DNA of 50,002 nt from the sequence record PP134913; one strand, written 5' to 3'. This stretch comes from Shigella phage phiL. The notes below the pieces were generated by a model, which worked only from the letters and a program-made list of their open reading frames with translations, did no database searches and was not told where the DNA came from. Shown in pieces: positions 36,918 to 46,098 of the stretch. Positions within the stretch are counted from its first letter, which is position 1. Each line of letters begins with the position of its first letter. The position numbers and the translations under genes were made by a program.

Positions 36918-37394
36918 TTACAGTTGATGCAACTGAACTTCTACAAGCTGAATATCTTTGTATTTAGTCCAGCCGCCAGCGTAAGTCCAGGTAGTTTCGA
37001 TCGTGCCATCAGATTTCTCTTGACCGTCAACGTCAAGTTTAACGGCGGTTCCGAAAGTTGGTGCTTCTTCTGATTTTGAAAGCATCCATACTCGACCGGA
37101 GGTCATGACGTTGATTGCGCCGCCTTCTTCATAAACCATTTGGTTTTTAGAGTTCACAGTCTGCCAGTGAGATCGAATAGCTACACCATAAGGCACTTTA
37201 GATGCCTCCATAGCTTTAACCAGTTTATGACCGTCAACAGCCTGAGCCTGGACAACATGGACGGCAGCGCCAACAAAAACATCACCTTCGTTAACGACAC
37301 AAGCGCCGTCAATGTTGTACTTGGAAGTGTCTGCAACCATACCCGGAAGGGCGATCGCCATATCGCGCTGATAAGATGCGTTAATTTGTGCCAT
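36918..37394 (-). CDS. head protein (158 aa), paralog of 36093..36857
   Basis: Shared motif set with downstream gene. Confidence 0.55.
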   Translation of the reverse strand: MAQINASYQRDMAIALPGMVADTSKYNIDGACVVNEGDVFVGAAVHVVQAQAVDGHKLVKAMEASKVPYGVAIRSHWQTVNSKNQMVYEEGGAINVMTSGRVWMLSKSEEAPTFGTAVKLDVDGQEKSDGTIETTWTYAGGWTKYKDIQLVEVQLHQL

Positions 37395-37405
37395 GATATT
37401 TCCCC

Positions 37406-38518
37406 TTACATTACTTTGCTTAAACGTGAATTTGGCGTAACAGGCGCGGCGTCGTTTTTCTCTTCCGGCTTACCGCCTTCGATAGAGTCGCCTTTTACTG
37501 CTTTACGCTGAATAGCCATGATATCAGAATCTTTAGCAACATCAAACATAGCGTCGATATATGCATCAGATTTTTCGCTCACATCTTTGTTCAGCATTGC
37601 TTTGACTACTGCGACCTTAACGTCTTTGATTTCAAGGCCATCATGCTTAACGCCTGCGGTTTCTGCCACTGCGGTAACTTCTGCACGTGCTGCGGCGTCA
37701 GCTTTCTGCTTCTCTACTTCTGCTTTTACCAGTTCAGGGATAGAATCAACCTTAACCTTAAGAGCGTCGCGTTCAGCTTCGAAGCCATCAGCTTTCCCCT
37801 GAATGGTTGCAATCTGTGCGGTTAATTTTTCGATATGGTTAGCAACGTCTTCGGTTACTTCCACATCAACGGAGTCGATCTTGATTTTTTTCATTTGCTT
37901 GTCCTCGTTAGTTGATTGAACGTTATTATCATACGGAAATTCCTGTTCAGCATCAAGGTTTAATTTAGCAATTCCAGCACGACCCTTGAAAACTAGTGCG
38001 ATATGGTTGACCTTGATATTAGTCTGTACCGCGTCAAATTTCACCCATCCTTCCGGCGGCGCTTCATCCTGCTTCATATCCTCTTCGAAGATATATTCTC
38101 CAGTCTCGTTTGAACCCCAGCCTGGCTTATCAATATCTACCGACGTGTACCCTACAGATAATTCCCCGGCCTCCTTCGCTTTAGCTTTGCTGATCGCGTA
38201 GTCGCTGTAAATACTCAAAGGAACTTCAACGCCAACCCCTGAAGCAATACCAGCGCCAGCGCACGATCCCACAACAACATCCTTAGCATTTTGGGGAGTT
38301 ACCGTTACGTGACCTACTGTAATCGGCTTGCCTGCAAAACTTTGCAATGAATCTTGCTTGAAAACTTCTGACGCCGGACGGAACTCAACGCGATCGCCGT
38401 GTGGCGTTTTGTAAACCTGAGCGCCGATTCGCGCCACGATTGGGCGGTCAACTAAAAAACCGTTATCATCAAAATGCGCCTTGATTTTTACTGAATCAAA
38501 TCTTTGCTTTGCCTTCAT
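37406..38518 (-). CDS. scaffolding / prohead protease-like protein
   Basis: Position between MuF-like and capsid genes; Lys/Glu-rich coiled-coil C-terminal half. Confidence 0.55.
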   Translation of the reverse strand: MKAKQRFDSVKIKAHFDDNGFLVDRPIVARIGAQVYKTPHGDRVEFRPASEVFKQDSLQSFAGKPITVGHVTVTPQNAKDVVVGSCAGAGIASGVGVEVPLSIYSDYAISKAKAKEAGELSVGYTSVDIDKPGWGSNETGEYIFEEDMKQDEAPPEGWVKFDAVQTNIKVNHIALVFKGRAGIAKLNLDAEQEFPYDNNVQSTNEDKQMKKIKIDSVDVEVTEDVANHIEKLTAQIATIQGKADGFEAERDALKVKVDSIPELVKAEVEKQKADAAARAEVTAVAETAGVKHDGLEIKDVKVAVVKAMLNKDVSEKSDAYIDAMFDVAKDSDIMAIQRKAVKGDSIEGGKPEEKNDAAPVTPNSRLSKVM

Positions 38519-38520
38519 TT

Positions 38521-39282
38521 TTAATCTCCTGTGGAAAAGTCTGGAACAGCCCAACAACGGCAGTTGTATTCTTCACCCGGGAATACGTGATCGGAATCTA
38601 CCGCTATGCGCTTACCTTCCCATCTTACATGTTTTTCACGTTCTCGTAAATCCATCACCCCGCGCCAGAAATAGTAAGAGACACCAGCATCTTTTATGCG
38701 TTGGCGCATTAGTCTACTGTTCCATGTTCCGACAATTCCAGACGCTCTATTTTTGGCCCAATTACGGTAAATACCAAATCTCTCCTTAGCAAGCTCAACA
38801 ACAAAATCCTTGCTTTTACCCTGACCGGATGCTGCACGAAGTTTATCAGTGAAATCAGTAACCATGTTGGCGGCAAATTTCCTAATAGAAGTAGTCACCT
38901 GAGATCGCCACAGATTATATTGTCCTGAGTACCAGCTTTCGGCAGCGGTAGGACCAATCAGGGAAAGTAGCATTACGGCCTGATTCTTCTTCCCTCCAGA
39001 GTTGCGAGCGATACGCAACCACTGCTTAGAGTTGAATTTATAGATCGTGAGCGCAACGGATGATAGAGAACCGATAATCGGCGCGATGAGCGATTCAACG
39101 TAATCAAGCAATGACCTTTCTGCCTGGTCTATCTCTTCGTCGGTAGCGTCAAATTTCATCGGCTTTAATTCGTCACGCATTTTCTCAGTTAGCTTGGCTG
39201 CAACATCCTGTAGGGAGCGCGACATTGCGCGCTCGCTAATTTCAGGATAGCGCCACTGAGTAGCAACGCCATTAATTTTCAT
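38521..39282 (-). CDS. head morphogenesis protein (Mu F / SPP1 gp7-like)
   Basis: Directly after portal; C-terminal NCRCW motif. Confidence 0.65.
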   Translation of the reverse strand: MKINGVATQWRYPEISERAMSRSLQDVAAKLTEKMRDELKPMKFDATDEEIDQAERSLLDYVESLIAPIIGSLSSVALTIYKFNSKQWLRIARNSGGKKNQAVMLLSLIGPTAAESWYSGQYNLWRSQVTTSIRKFAANMVTDFTDKLRAASGQGKSKDFVVELAKERFGIYRNWAKNRASGIVGTWNSRLMRQRIKDAGVSYYFWRGVMDLREREKHVRWEGKRIAVDSDHVFPGEEYNCRCWAVPDFSTGD

Positions 39283-40555
39283 CTTCTAACTTCTCCCCCA
39301 ATCCCGGCTCCGGTTCAGTTGTTTCTTCCGGTTCGCGAATATTGATGTTATTACCGTCCTTGAGTTTAAACTCAGGAGCGATAGAGCGCAACGTATCGCG
39401 AGCCTCTTCCAGATCGATGATTTGCTCAGTGATGGCTTTCGTCACCGAATCAACGTTATTCTTCGTGATCTCTGATTCCTCTTTCTTGCTCGGAACAGAT
39501 AAAGGCTCAAACTCGATCGACCACTCTTGCTCGTCAACAATGAACGGCAGCAAGAACTCAAGAAGCGGCCTGTAATCTTCCTCACGCTTACGATCGACCA
39601 ACTTATAGAAAGTCTCAAGCGCTGTGTTTTGGCTCGCTGATACGCCGCCTACGTTCTTATTTTTGATGATAATCTCATGAATCCCGGAAAGGGAAACAAT
39701 ACGATCCATCTTGCTTGATAAGAACTCAGGTACTCCGCTGATATCAGAGTTTAGAACATCGTATTCTTCCGTCTCAGCATCGATACCGATCGCGCGGCCT
39801 ACGCCGGAGTTATCATCAACCTGAGCAAGTCGCAGGCGCGCAGCATACTGAGCGTCGTCATCATCGCACATTTCGGCAAGGCCTTTAACCTTCCATACCG
39901 CCTGTTGCTTACGCCGCAGAATCTGAGTTGCAAGTGATTCGCAATAGTCGTAGTCGCAGATTGCATCAATAAGTGACTTATTCAAAACTGAAGCACCCCA
40001 CCCATGATTCTGCCTTCGAATCTGAGGGGTAACTCTCTCACCATCAGCAATGAAAATTCTCGTGTGGTGGATTAAGTAAGGTTGAACATTGTCACCTGGC
40101 GACACCTTATAGATCTCAGGATCACCATAGCGAGGCGATCTCGCATTGGTTACTCTTTTTTCTATTGTAATTGAGAACCTATCGTAAACACGCACACCTT
40201 CAAGTTTAGCCCCAGGCTTAGCTGGACTGGTTAGCATTCTGTTGTCATTAATGATTGCTACAATAGCTGCCCCACCGTATAGGCGCGCCCAGCAAAGAAC
40301 ATCAACCAAGCTAGGATCAATTTTGTAACTATCCCACAGTGATTTGAACTCTTTTTCATCCTTAACGCCTGAAATTTTAAACCCAGCCGTCACCATTTCT
40401 TCCGGGATCACATCTACAATTCTCTTCGCTGTTGCGTTATCGTTATAGAAAGATCCTACGTGATATGATGCGTCTGACATAAAAAATGGCTTTGGTGAAC
40501 CGTCCGCGCCGCCGTTAAAGATATCGTTATATCCATCATGCTTAACAATTTTCAT
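39272..40555 (-). CDS. portal protein
   Basis: 427 aa directly downstream of TerL; GGAGGAAAC RBS. Confidence 0.7.
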   Translation of the reverse strand: MKIVKHDGYNDIFNGGADGSPKPFFMSDASYHVGSFYNDNATAKRIVDVIPEEMVTAGFKISGVKDEKEFKSLWDSYKIDPSLVDVLCWARLYGGAAIVAIINDNRMLTSPAKPGAKLEGVRVYDRFSITIEKRVTNARSPRYGDPEIYKVSPGDNVQPYLIHHTRIFIADGERVTPQIRRQNHGWGASVLNKSLIDAICDYDYCESLATQILRRKQQAVWKVKGLAEMCDDDDAQYAARLRLAQVDDNSGVGRAIGIDAETEEYDVLNSDISGVPEFLSSKMDRIVSLSGIHEIIIKNKNVGGVSASQNTALETFYKLVDRKREEDYRPLLEFLLPFIVDEQEWSIEFEPLSVPSKKEESEITKNNVDSVTKAITEQIIDLEEARDTLRSIAPEFKLKDGNNINIREPEETTEPEPGLGEKLEDEN

Positions 40556-40565
40556 GTTTCCTCCA

Positions 40566-40593
40566 ATAAAAAAGGCCGTCAATTGACAGCCTT
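40566..40593 (-). terminator. intrinsic terminator between TerL and portal
   Basis: Hairpin AAGGCTGTCAATTGACGGCCTT followed by TTTTTTATT. Confidence 0.55.
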
Positions 40594-40606
40594 GATTATA
40601 TCTTAT

Positions 40607-42178
40607 TTATTGCCGCTTAACCATCCCGGCAAGTCGCTTCATTCGCTCTATAGGATCGTCAATAGTCAGCAATTCAATGTTCGCCGCATCCATGAAGTTA
40701 TCGACAATGTCATCATGCGGATGTGTGTCATCATATGTGAAAGCGCTATGCTCTGCGATGATTTCCGCAAGCATAGGGTGCTCTTCTGGAAGAACTACAC
40801 GCCCGGCCTTAATAACTGGCTGAGCATCCATCGCTCGGGTAACTTTATCTTTGTTACGTTGCAATGGTGTAATTGAGATCGGGGTCTTTTTCCTTAAGTT
40901 CTGAATCAAGCCCGTTCCGCTCGCTTTATCTTCCACGTAGATTTTGCGAAGCACGCCCATTGATTTATTGTGCCTCCATGCCTGATTCACAAAGGCGGTA
41001 AATTGTTTCTCCATATCAGGCGCTTCCCACTTGCCGCGAATGCCGTCGATAAAGTAAACCTTATCGTTTTTCTTACCCCATAAACAAAAGACTGTGTAGT
41101 CGTTTAGCTCGCCAGTCTTCTGAGCGGTATCTGCTGTGATAAAACGGTAATCATATTTACCAGGATCTGGCTCGTCAGCGTCAAGGCTGCTACCGTAATA
41201 AGTCCACCATTCCGAGTTAAACACGGAGCCACCAAGCGCGATCGGCTTCTGCTGATACTGAGAGTCAAAGGTGTACTGGTCCGCTTCGCGCAAAGCTAAC
41301 AGGTCGTGTACACTTTCCTTGCTGGGCCAGAATGAGTAATGCTTAACTCCATCCAACTCTACATATTCAGACGACAAAACGTCGCGCTCAAAGTAAGGCT
41401 GCAACCAGTCAGGAAGCGTCTTTCCGTATTCTTCAGTAACCAGTGCCGGAATTGAGATCTGATCAAACTCAATACCCATGCCGCCATTCATCATGAACCA
41501 TGTTGAATCCTGAGCATGTAGTCGTTGCTGAATTGCAATAATAGGCGTCTCGTTATGCATACGACGGGATCGTATGGTGTTCTTCAATAGCATATGGGTA
41601 CGCTCACGCTTAACCTTTGAGAACATATCATCAGGCTTATCGATATCGTCTAGCATTACCATACCTGAGAATCCCGGCATCATGTAGCCACCACGCGAAC
41701 CAGTAATGCGACCGCCAGCCGCAGCGGATATCAACTCAAACCAAACCTTTCCATCCTCGTTAAGAACCTGCATCTCTTCGTCTTTCGATGTACCGAATTT
41801 GCAAGGCCATAGCTCTTGAAATTCGTTGCTGCTGATAATCTCACGCACACGCTTACTGTTACGCTTAACCAAGCTGTCGGCAAACGACACGTTAAGGTTT
41901 CGCACCTTCTTACACTTGAGCATTGCGTATACCGGAAGGTGGATTGAGAACACTTCAGTTTTACCGGAGCCTGGCGTGACGTTAAAGATAGTGTTACCGC
42001 GTCGGCCTGCAATAATTTCCTCCACTTCGTGACATAGGTAAAGGTGATGCCAGTTAGGCTGGAACTGCTGAGCCTGCATAAGCTGAAACCAGATCCGAAT
42101 CATTTTTTCGAAATTGGCCTCGCTCATTTTTTTGATCGCCAACTTCTGAGTTGCGTCGAGTTCTTCCCATTGAATCAT
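40607..42178 (-). CDS. terminase large subunit
   Basis: 523 aa with P-loop-like TPGSGKT and nuclease-like C-terminus; between TerS and portal. Confidence 0.85.
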   Translation of the reverse strand: MIQWEELDATQKLAIKKMSEANFEKMIRIWFQLMQAQQFQPNWHHLYLCHEVEEIIAGRRGNTIFNVTPGSGKTEVFSIHLPVYAMLKCKKVRNLNVSFADSLVKRNSKRVREIISSNEFQELWPCKFGTSKDEEMQVLNEDGKVWFELISAAAGGRITGSRGGYMMPGFSGMVMLDDIDKPDDMFSKVKRERTHMLLKNTIRSRRMHNETPIIAIQQRLHAQDSTWFMMNGGMGIEFDQISIPALVTEEYGKTLPDWLQPYFERDVLSSEYVELDGVKHYSFWPSKESVHDLLALREADQYTFDSQYQQKPIALGGSVFNSEWWTYYGSSLDADEPDPGKYDYRFITADTAQKTGELNDYTVFCLWGKKNDKVYFIDGIRGKWEAPDMEKQFTAFVNQAWRHNKSMGVLRKIYVEDKASGTGLIQNLRKKTPISITPLQRNKDKVTRAMDAQPVIKAGRVVLPEEHPMLAEIIAEHSAFTYDDTHPHDDIVDNFMDAANIELLTIDDPIERMKRLAGMVKRQ

Positions 42179-42216
42179 ATCAATTCTCCTGTATGGGCGC
42201 TTGCGCGCCCGTAACG

Positions 42217-42741
42217 TTAAAGCATGTCAAGAATACTGTTTACAGCCTCTTTCATTGCTTCCTCAGTAGTGGCGACAGCGGTCGACGCTGAAGCTGCCGA
42301 GTTTTCGATGTTGATTGAAGCTGGCTTGTCGATTCCGAGATCCTTGCCGATAAATGAGGCGTTAATAACGCCGTTTGCGGCAAGCTGAAATTTTTGCTCG
42401 TTGATTACGGATTCCACGAACTCCATAACCTCACTGTATTCTTCCTCACGCTTCCACTTAATGATTGCGGCCTCGCTTGCACCGATAAACAGTCGATATC
42501 CGGTCCAGGTGAAGACGCGCGGCTTATGAACAAGCGATTCATAAACGCCACCCTGAAAGCTGGCTGATTCTGAAGCCTTTATCGCGTTGTCCTCAGCCCA
42601 TTCGAAATACTTCACCGACAGATCGAATAGTTGTTCTGGCGTCATCGCACGGTTCTTCGCAAGAACAGTGCCGAATTTTTTCTTGTATAGCTCTTTGAAA
42701 TTACCTCCCTGGACTACGGGAGCATTCTTAGGTTCACTCAT
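42217..42741 (-). CDS. terminase small subunit
   Basis: Directly upstream of TerL; start set at ATG with AGAGGA RBS. Confidence 0.55.
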   Translation of the reverse strand: MSEPKNAPVVQGGNFKELYKKKFGTVLAKNRAMTPEQLFDLSVKYFEWAEDNAIKASESASFQGGVYESLVHKPRVFTWTGYRLFIGASEAAIIKWKREEEYSEVMEFVESVINEQKFQLAANGVINASFIGKDLGIDKPASINIENSAASASTAVATTEEAMKEAVNSILDML

Positions 42742-42757
42742 AAATCCATCCTCTTTG

Positions 42758-42778
42758 TTTAACATTTAGTGCTATTTT
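42758..42778 (-). promoter_or_regulatory. motif copy immediately upstream of TerS RBS
   Basis: Gene-strand AAATAGCACTAAATGTTAAAC then AAAGAGGA RBS. Confidence 0.45.
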
Positions 42779-42793
42779 ACCATATTGCAGGCA

Positions 42794-42816
42794 TAAAAAA
42801 ACCCGCCGAAGCGGGT
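42794..42816 (-). terminator. intrinsic terminator upstream of TerS
   Basis: Hairpin ACCCGCTTCGGCGGGT followed by 7 T. Confidence 0.6.
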
Positions 42817-42825
42817 TAGTATTTA

Positions 42826-43053
42826 TCACGATAATCGTCGTTTAATGCCTTTGGGGTGGGTCTGAGCTTTAGAGTAGCAGTGAGCAAGGTCGCCAGTCAT
42901 TTCCCATTGGTCCTTCTTAGGTGAGTAGGTAAGCCATACACCAGTTTTATCCTTCGCGTCCATCGCAATTGCTGCTGCCACAAGTGCGAATCCAGCAAAC
43001 AAACCAGCACCAAAAATAACGATACCAGCGATAATCAATAAAAAAATGGTCAT
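42826..43053 (-). CDS. small membrane protein (75 aa)
   Basis: N-terminal hydrophobic stretch IFLLIIAGIVIFGAGLFAGFALVAAAIA. Confidence 0.5.
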   Translation of the reverse strand: MTIFLLIIAGIVIFGAGLFAGFALVAAAIAMDAKDKTGVWLTYSPKKDQWEMTGDLAHCYSKAQTHPKGIKRRLS

Positions 43054-43054
43054 G

Positions 43055-43240
43055 TTAAATCTCCTTGATTAATTCAATGTTTATTTTGTGAGTGTCAAGA
43101 TTAGCGCCGGAAAGTTTCTTCGCTTTCGTGATGGCTTCTGCCTGACTGGTTGCAGATAATTCTGTTTCGAAAGATTGTTTGCACGACTGGCAAAACATCC
43201 CCATCTTTCGAATAATTAATTTAACTTTGAATCGCTTCAT
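43055..43240 (-). CDS. hypothetical protein (61 aa)
   Basis: ORF packed against neighbours. Confidence 0.45.
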   Translation of the reverse strand: MKRFKVKLIIRKMGMFCQSCKQSFETELSATSQAEAITKAKKLSGANLDTHKINIELIKEI

Positions 43241-43382
43241 CTTCCTGCGCCTTAATCATAACGCCAGCAATGCGACCAATAACAGCCTCGCCAGGATTTA
43301 ATCGCTTTTTATAACGAGTAGTTTCACCGTTGCGAGTTACTTTAATTTCAATTTTGACTGATTCGTCTTTGGTGTTTTGCAT
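43221..43382 (-). CDS. small hypothetical protein (53 aa), not in ORF track
   Basis: ATG 43382 after AAGAGGA; first gene after 164-nt gap holding promoter 43512..43541. Confidence 0.35.
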   Translation of the reverse strand: MQNTKDESVKIEIKVTRNGETTRYKKRLNPGEAVIGRIAGVMIKAQEDEAIQS

Positions 43383-43511
43383 TATGCAATCCTCTTGAAT
43401 TGTTGCCGCTTACGGGTCTGCGGCGTTGCTTAACCACTATGCAACCGAGCTTGTTAGCTGGAATGGTGAGAATCGTCTCACGCGTTGCTACTCATTGCGC
43501 CTCGTTTGTCT

Positions 43512-43541
43512 ACGGGATTAATACTATCACCGCTCAGGGAC
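43512..43541 (-). promoter_or_regulatory. sigma70-like promoter TTGACC-N18-TAGTAT in 164-nt noncoding gap
   Basis: Hexamers read on minus strand; drives gene starting 43382. Confidence 0.4.
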
Positions 43542-43546
43542 GTAGG

Positions 43547-43750
43547 TCAATCATTAATTTCAAATTGACCCTTAGTCATATCTTGCGGGTAATCAATCTC
43601 ATGCAGGTTTCCATCGTCGCCGTACACATATACGAGTCTCTTTGCTTTACTAACCTTTTCCACATCGTAAGAGCAACCAGCAGAGAAAGCCTCGCCATTG
43701 CGTGACGTTACGCATCGAACCTGATCGCCTTTCCTCGGTAAATTAGCCAT
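43547..43750 (-). CDS. hypothetical protein (67 aa)
   Basis: ORF in early block. Confidence 0.5.
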   Translation of the reverse strand: MANLPRKGDQVRCVTSRNGEAFSAGCSYDVEKVSKAKRLVYVYGDDGNLHEIDYPQDMTKGQFEIND

Positions 43751-43980
43751 TATTCGTAATCCCCTTCTTTGTTACCTACACGCCCGGCAATATACCCTGC
43801 AGTCCAGACAAATTTGTAGCGATCGATGAGTAATTCGACCTTTTTGTGGTGAGCAGAAATAACGTCAATCATGATCTTGTCGTTTTTCCGATCTTCTTTT
43901 TTCATGCCACTGACGAATTTATTTAATTCCTTCGCCGCGCGCTTTACCACGTTCCATTCCGCTTCACTTAAACCGAACAT
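43750..43980 (-). CDS. hypothetical protein (76 aa)
   Basis: Overlapping start/stop with neighbours. Confidence 0.5.
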   Translation of the reverse strand: MFGLSEAEWNVVKRAAKELNKFVSGMKKEDRKNDKIMIDVISAHHKKVELLIDRYKFVWTAGYIAGRVGNKEGDYE

Positions 43981-44324
43981 TATTTACCTCTCCCAAATGA
44001 AAAATTAGCACCTAAAACCTGATTGCAAACTGATTCCATGTATCGCAACTGATATTGAGCAACCTTTGAAGGACTTAATTCATCTGTAAATAAATCCTCA
44101 ACGTTGATTTCTTTTTTATGCTTGCGCTTCCATGCATTGATGATATTTGGCAAGATGCGCTCGCTCTTCCAGGCTGCAAACTCAGATTGATTCGTTGATG
44201 CTGGGGTAAGCTGCCTTTCGATCTGGTTAAGAAGTTCGGCGGTATCGCCTTTGATGTGTAACTGGTCGCCTATCGTATCCAGTATTTCACGGGCTTGCTT
44301 CTCTGACAGGTTAATCGTAATCAT
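43980..44324 (-). CDS. hypothetical protein (114 aa)
   Basis: Overlapping start/stop with neighbours. Confidence 0.5.
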   Translation of the reverse strand: MITINLSEKQAREILDTIGDQLHIKGDTAELLNQIERQLTPASTNQSEFAAWKSERILPNIINAWKRKHKKEINVEDLFTDELSPSKVAQYQLRYMESVCNQVLGANFSFGRGK

Positions 44325-44530
44325 GCCTCTTCTCCATCTTCCTCGATCGGGGTAAAAAACTGCGTGTTAACTGCCGGGTTGTAATAAACTCCTTCGTCAT
44401 AGTCGCTTTCTTTCACTTCAATGAAAACATCGCAACCGTCATGCATGAAATCACCGTTGTCAGTATGAACCAGTTCGAATACCTCGGAAGTTTTAGTGCA
44501 AGTAAAAAACTTATCAGTTGATACCATCAT
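44321..44530 (-). CDS. hypothetical protein (69 aa)
   Basis: Downstream of promoter element 44563..44608. Confidence 0.5.
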   Translation of the reverse strand: MMVSTDKFFTCTKTSEVFELVHTDNGDFMHDGCDVFIEVKESDYDEGVYYNPAVNTQFFTPIEEDGEEA

Positions 44531-44562
44531 TTCGATTTTCTCTATTCGTTGTCGATGAGGTA

Positions 44563-44608
44563 ACTATATCAAATCACCCCATCGACGCTTTAGCAATTCG
44601 TGCTATTT
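44563..44608 (-). promoter_or_regulatory. conserved promoter-like element
   Basis: AATAGCACGAATTGCTAAAG, 22 nt, TATAGT, TACCTCATCGACAACGAA. Confidence 0.55.
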
Positions 44609-45175
44609 ATTGATGAATGTGGCGGCTATGTGATGAGCGGTAATTTCTGGATGACCTTCGACAGAGAAGAAGTCACACTCCTGATAACCGTTAACCCCGA
44701 TCATATCGTCCAGGTAGATATAGTCTCGACTGTCATTATCGAAGTTGCAACCGTTGCGATGTATTCGACATAGCTTGACTTGGATATCACCTTCAATCAT
44801 CTGCAAGATTTCGTCTTTGAATCCACCATCAGTAAATACCGAAAGGGAGTGTGACTCTTTCACCTTGCTTTCCGCTCGCATACCGAAGAAGCGATTTCCG
44901 AACTGCGGCTTGATGACTTCCTCGCTAATCCAGATCATAAACTGGCGCGGGCTTTTACCGTTCAGGATAGATGCTGGCTCTTCTTTATATCGTCGGTCCT
45001 CATACAAGAACATGAAATACTCGTAGTTAGCTTCACCCAGGATTGCCCGGGCAATCTCAAACATTGGCGCTTTGAAGCTGCGCAAGGCTACGTGATCGTA
45101 AGTGTCAGCAAGGATGCATCCGATAGTGTCTTTTCCCGATCCAGGTGCGCCGTTTAAAATGATAGCTGTTTTCAT
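44603..45175 (-). CDS. deoxynucleoside monophosphate kinase-like P-loop kinase
   Basis: P-loop NGAPGSGKDT and LNGKSP motif resembling T4 gene 1 dNMP kinase. Confidence 0.6.
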   Translation of the reverse strand: MKTAIILNGAPGSGKDTIGCILADTYDHVALRSFKAPMFEIARAILGEANYEYFMFLYEDRRYKEEPASILNGKSPRQFMIWISEEVIKPQFGNRFFGMRAESKVKESHSLSVFTDGGFKDEILQMIEGDIQVKLCRIHRNGCNFDNDSRDYIYLDDMIGVNGYQECDFFSVEGHPEITAHHIAATFINK

Positions 45176-45176
45176 G

Positions 45177-45287
45177 TTAGTATCTCCCTAAAAATAATTT
45201 TGCTACATTGATGATAGTGTGATTGATGATTAACAGGATGATAACCGTCAATACCGGATGTGCTGCAATAAATTCGTACAGGTTCAC
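45177..45287 (-). CDS. possible very small hydrophobic peptide (36 aa, GTG start)
   Basis: GTG overlapping upstream TGA; AGGAG RBS. Confidence 0.25.
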   Translation of the reverse strand: MNLYEFIAAHPVLTVIILLIINHTIINVAKLFLGRY

Positions 45288-45895
45288 TTCAATAACTCCT
45301 TGCACTTAATGCATATTTTATCGCCAAATGGCGGTAGCGGCTCAGATGGTTCATGATTGCAAACCTCATCCACCCCGTGAGATTTTAAATGATCGTGAAC
45401 GTTATCGCCATAGTCAACTACGGCATACGTTGTTATTCCAAGCGATCGGAATAATGGAATAATTTGCGGTGAGTCATCCCAGGCCGCCAGAATGTTATCA
45501 ATGCCGATCGCGCGCACCGCCTCTTCTTTCATTACCGTGTCTTTGCGGTTGTCGGTATGCGGCCTCATGACTAAGTAATCATATCGCGCGCCGTGATGCT
45601 TAAGCCATAACTCAGATGCGTAACGCACCTCATCGCTTCGCCCGGTTAAAATGATCACATGATGACCAGCGGCATACATAGAGTTCATCACTTCAATCGT
45701 ACTCTGGATTGGGTTATCAAATATTGCCGCCCTGTTAAACTCAGACCAGCTTTCAGTCAAGTGCAAATCTTTTGTCGGTAGCAGGTGAAGACGTTTTGAG
45801 CCGTCACTCAGCGTTCAGTCGAAGTCAAAGATTGCCACGCGGCGAGTGCCGAGAAACAGGTTGATTGTCTGGCCCCAAATTGTGATTTTATCCAC
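45284..45895 (-). CDS. HAD-superfamily phosphatase interrupted by an in-frame TGA at codon 27
   Basis: GTG 45895 with AGGAGA RBS; reads VAIFDFD-TGA-TLSDG then intact HAD motifs (ILTGR, AWDDS); TGA at 45815..45817. Confidence 0.5.
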
Positions 45896-46098
45896 TATGC
45901 TTTCTCCTGTAAGCGAATGATTTTGATGGTTAATTCTTCTTCAACAATTTTGTAGCCGGATGATTCAAATTTACTCTCACGAGTCTGATTGCATGAATCA
46001 ATAACGACCTGGCTATTCTGAATATCGTCAGCCATGCCGATTAGAATGTTAACGATCTGCGTTCTCGTTTCGTTGCTCATTCCGGTAATAGTTTTCAT
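45895..46098 (-). CDS. hypothetical protein (67 aa)
   Basis: Downstream of promoter element 46138..46182. Confidence 0.5.
   Translation of the reverse strand: MKTITGMSNETRTQIVNILIGMADDIQNSQVVIDSCNQTRESKFESSGYKIVEEELTIKIIRLQEKA

Noticed and set aside
43383-43546. Possible tRNA gene in the 164-nt gap
   Set aside because: No cloverleaf could be drawn; the hairpin GTGAGA-ATCG-TCTCAC has a 4-nt loop, not a 7-nt T-loop.
44563-44608. The TTGCTAAA part of the motif resembles a T4 MotA box
   Set aside because: It lies 22 nt upstream of the -10-like hexamer, not the 11-13 nt of MotA-dependent middle promoters; the resemblance is probably superficial.
45815-45835. Selenocysteine insertion at the in-frame TGA of the HAD gene
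   Set aside because: No convincing SECIS-like hairpin directly downstream, and the conserved residue at this position is Gly, not Cys.
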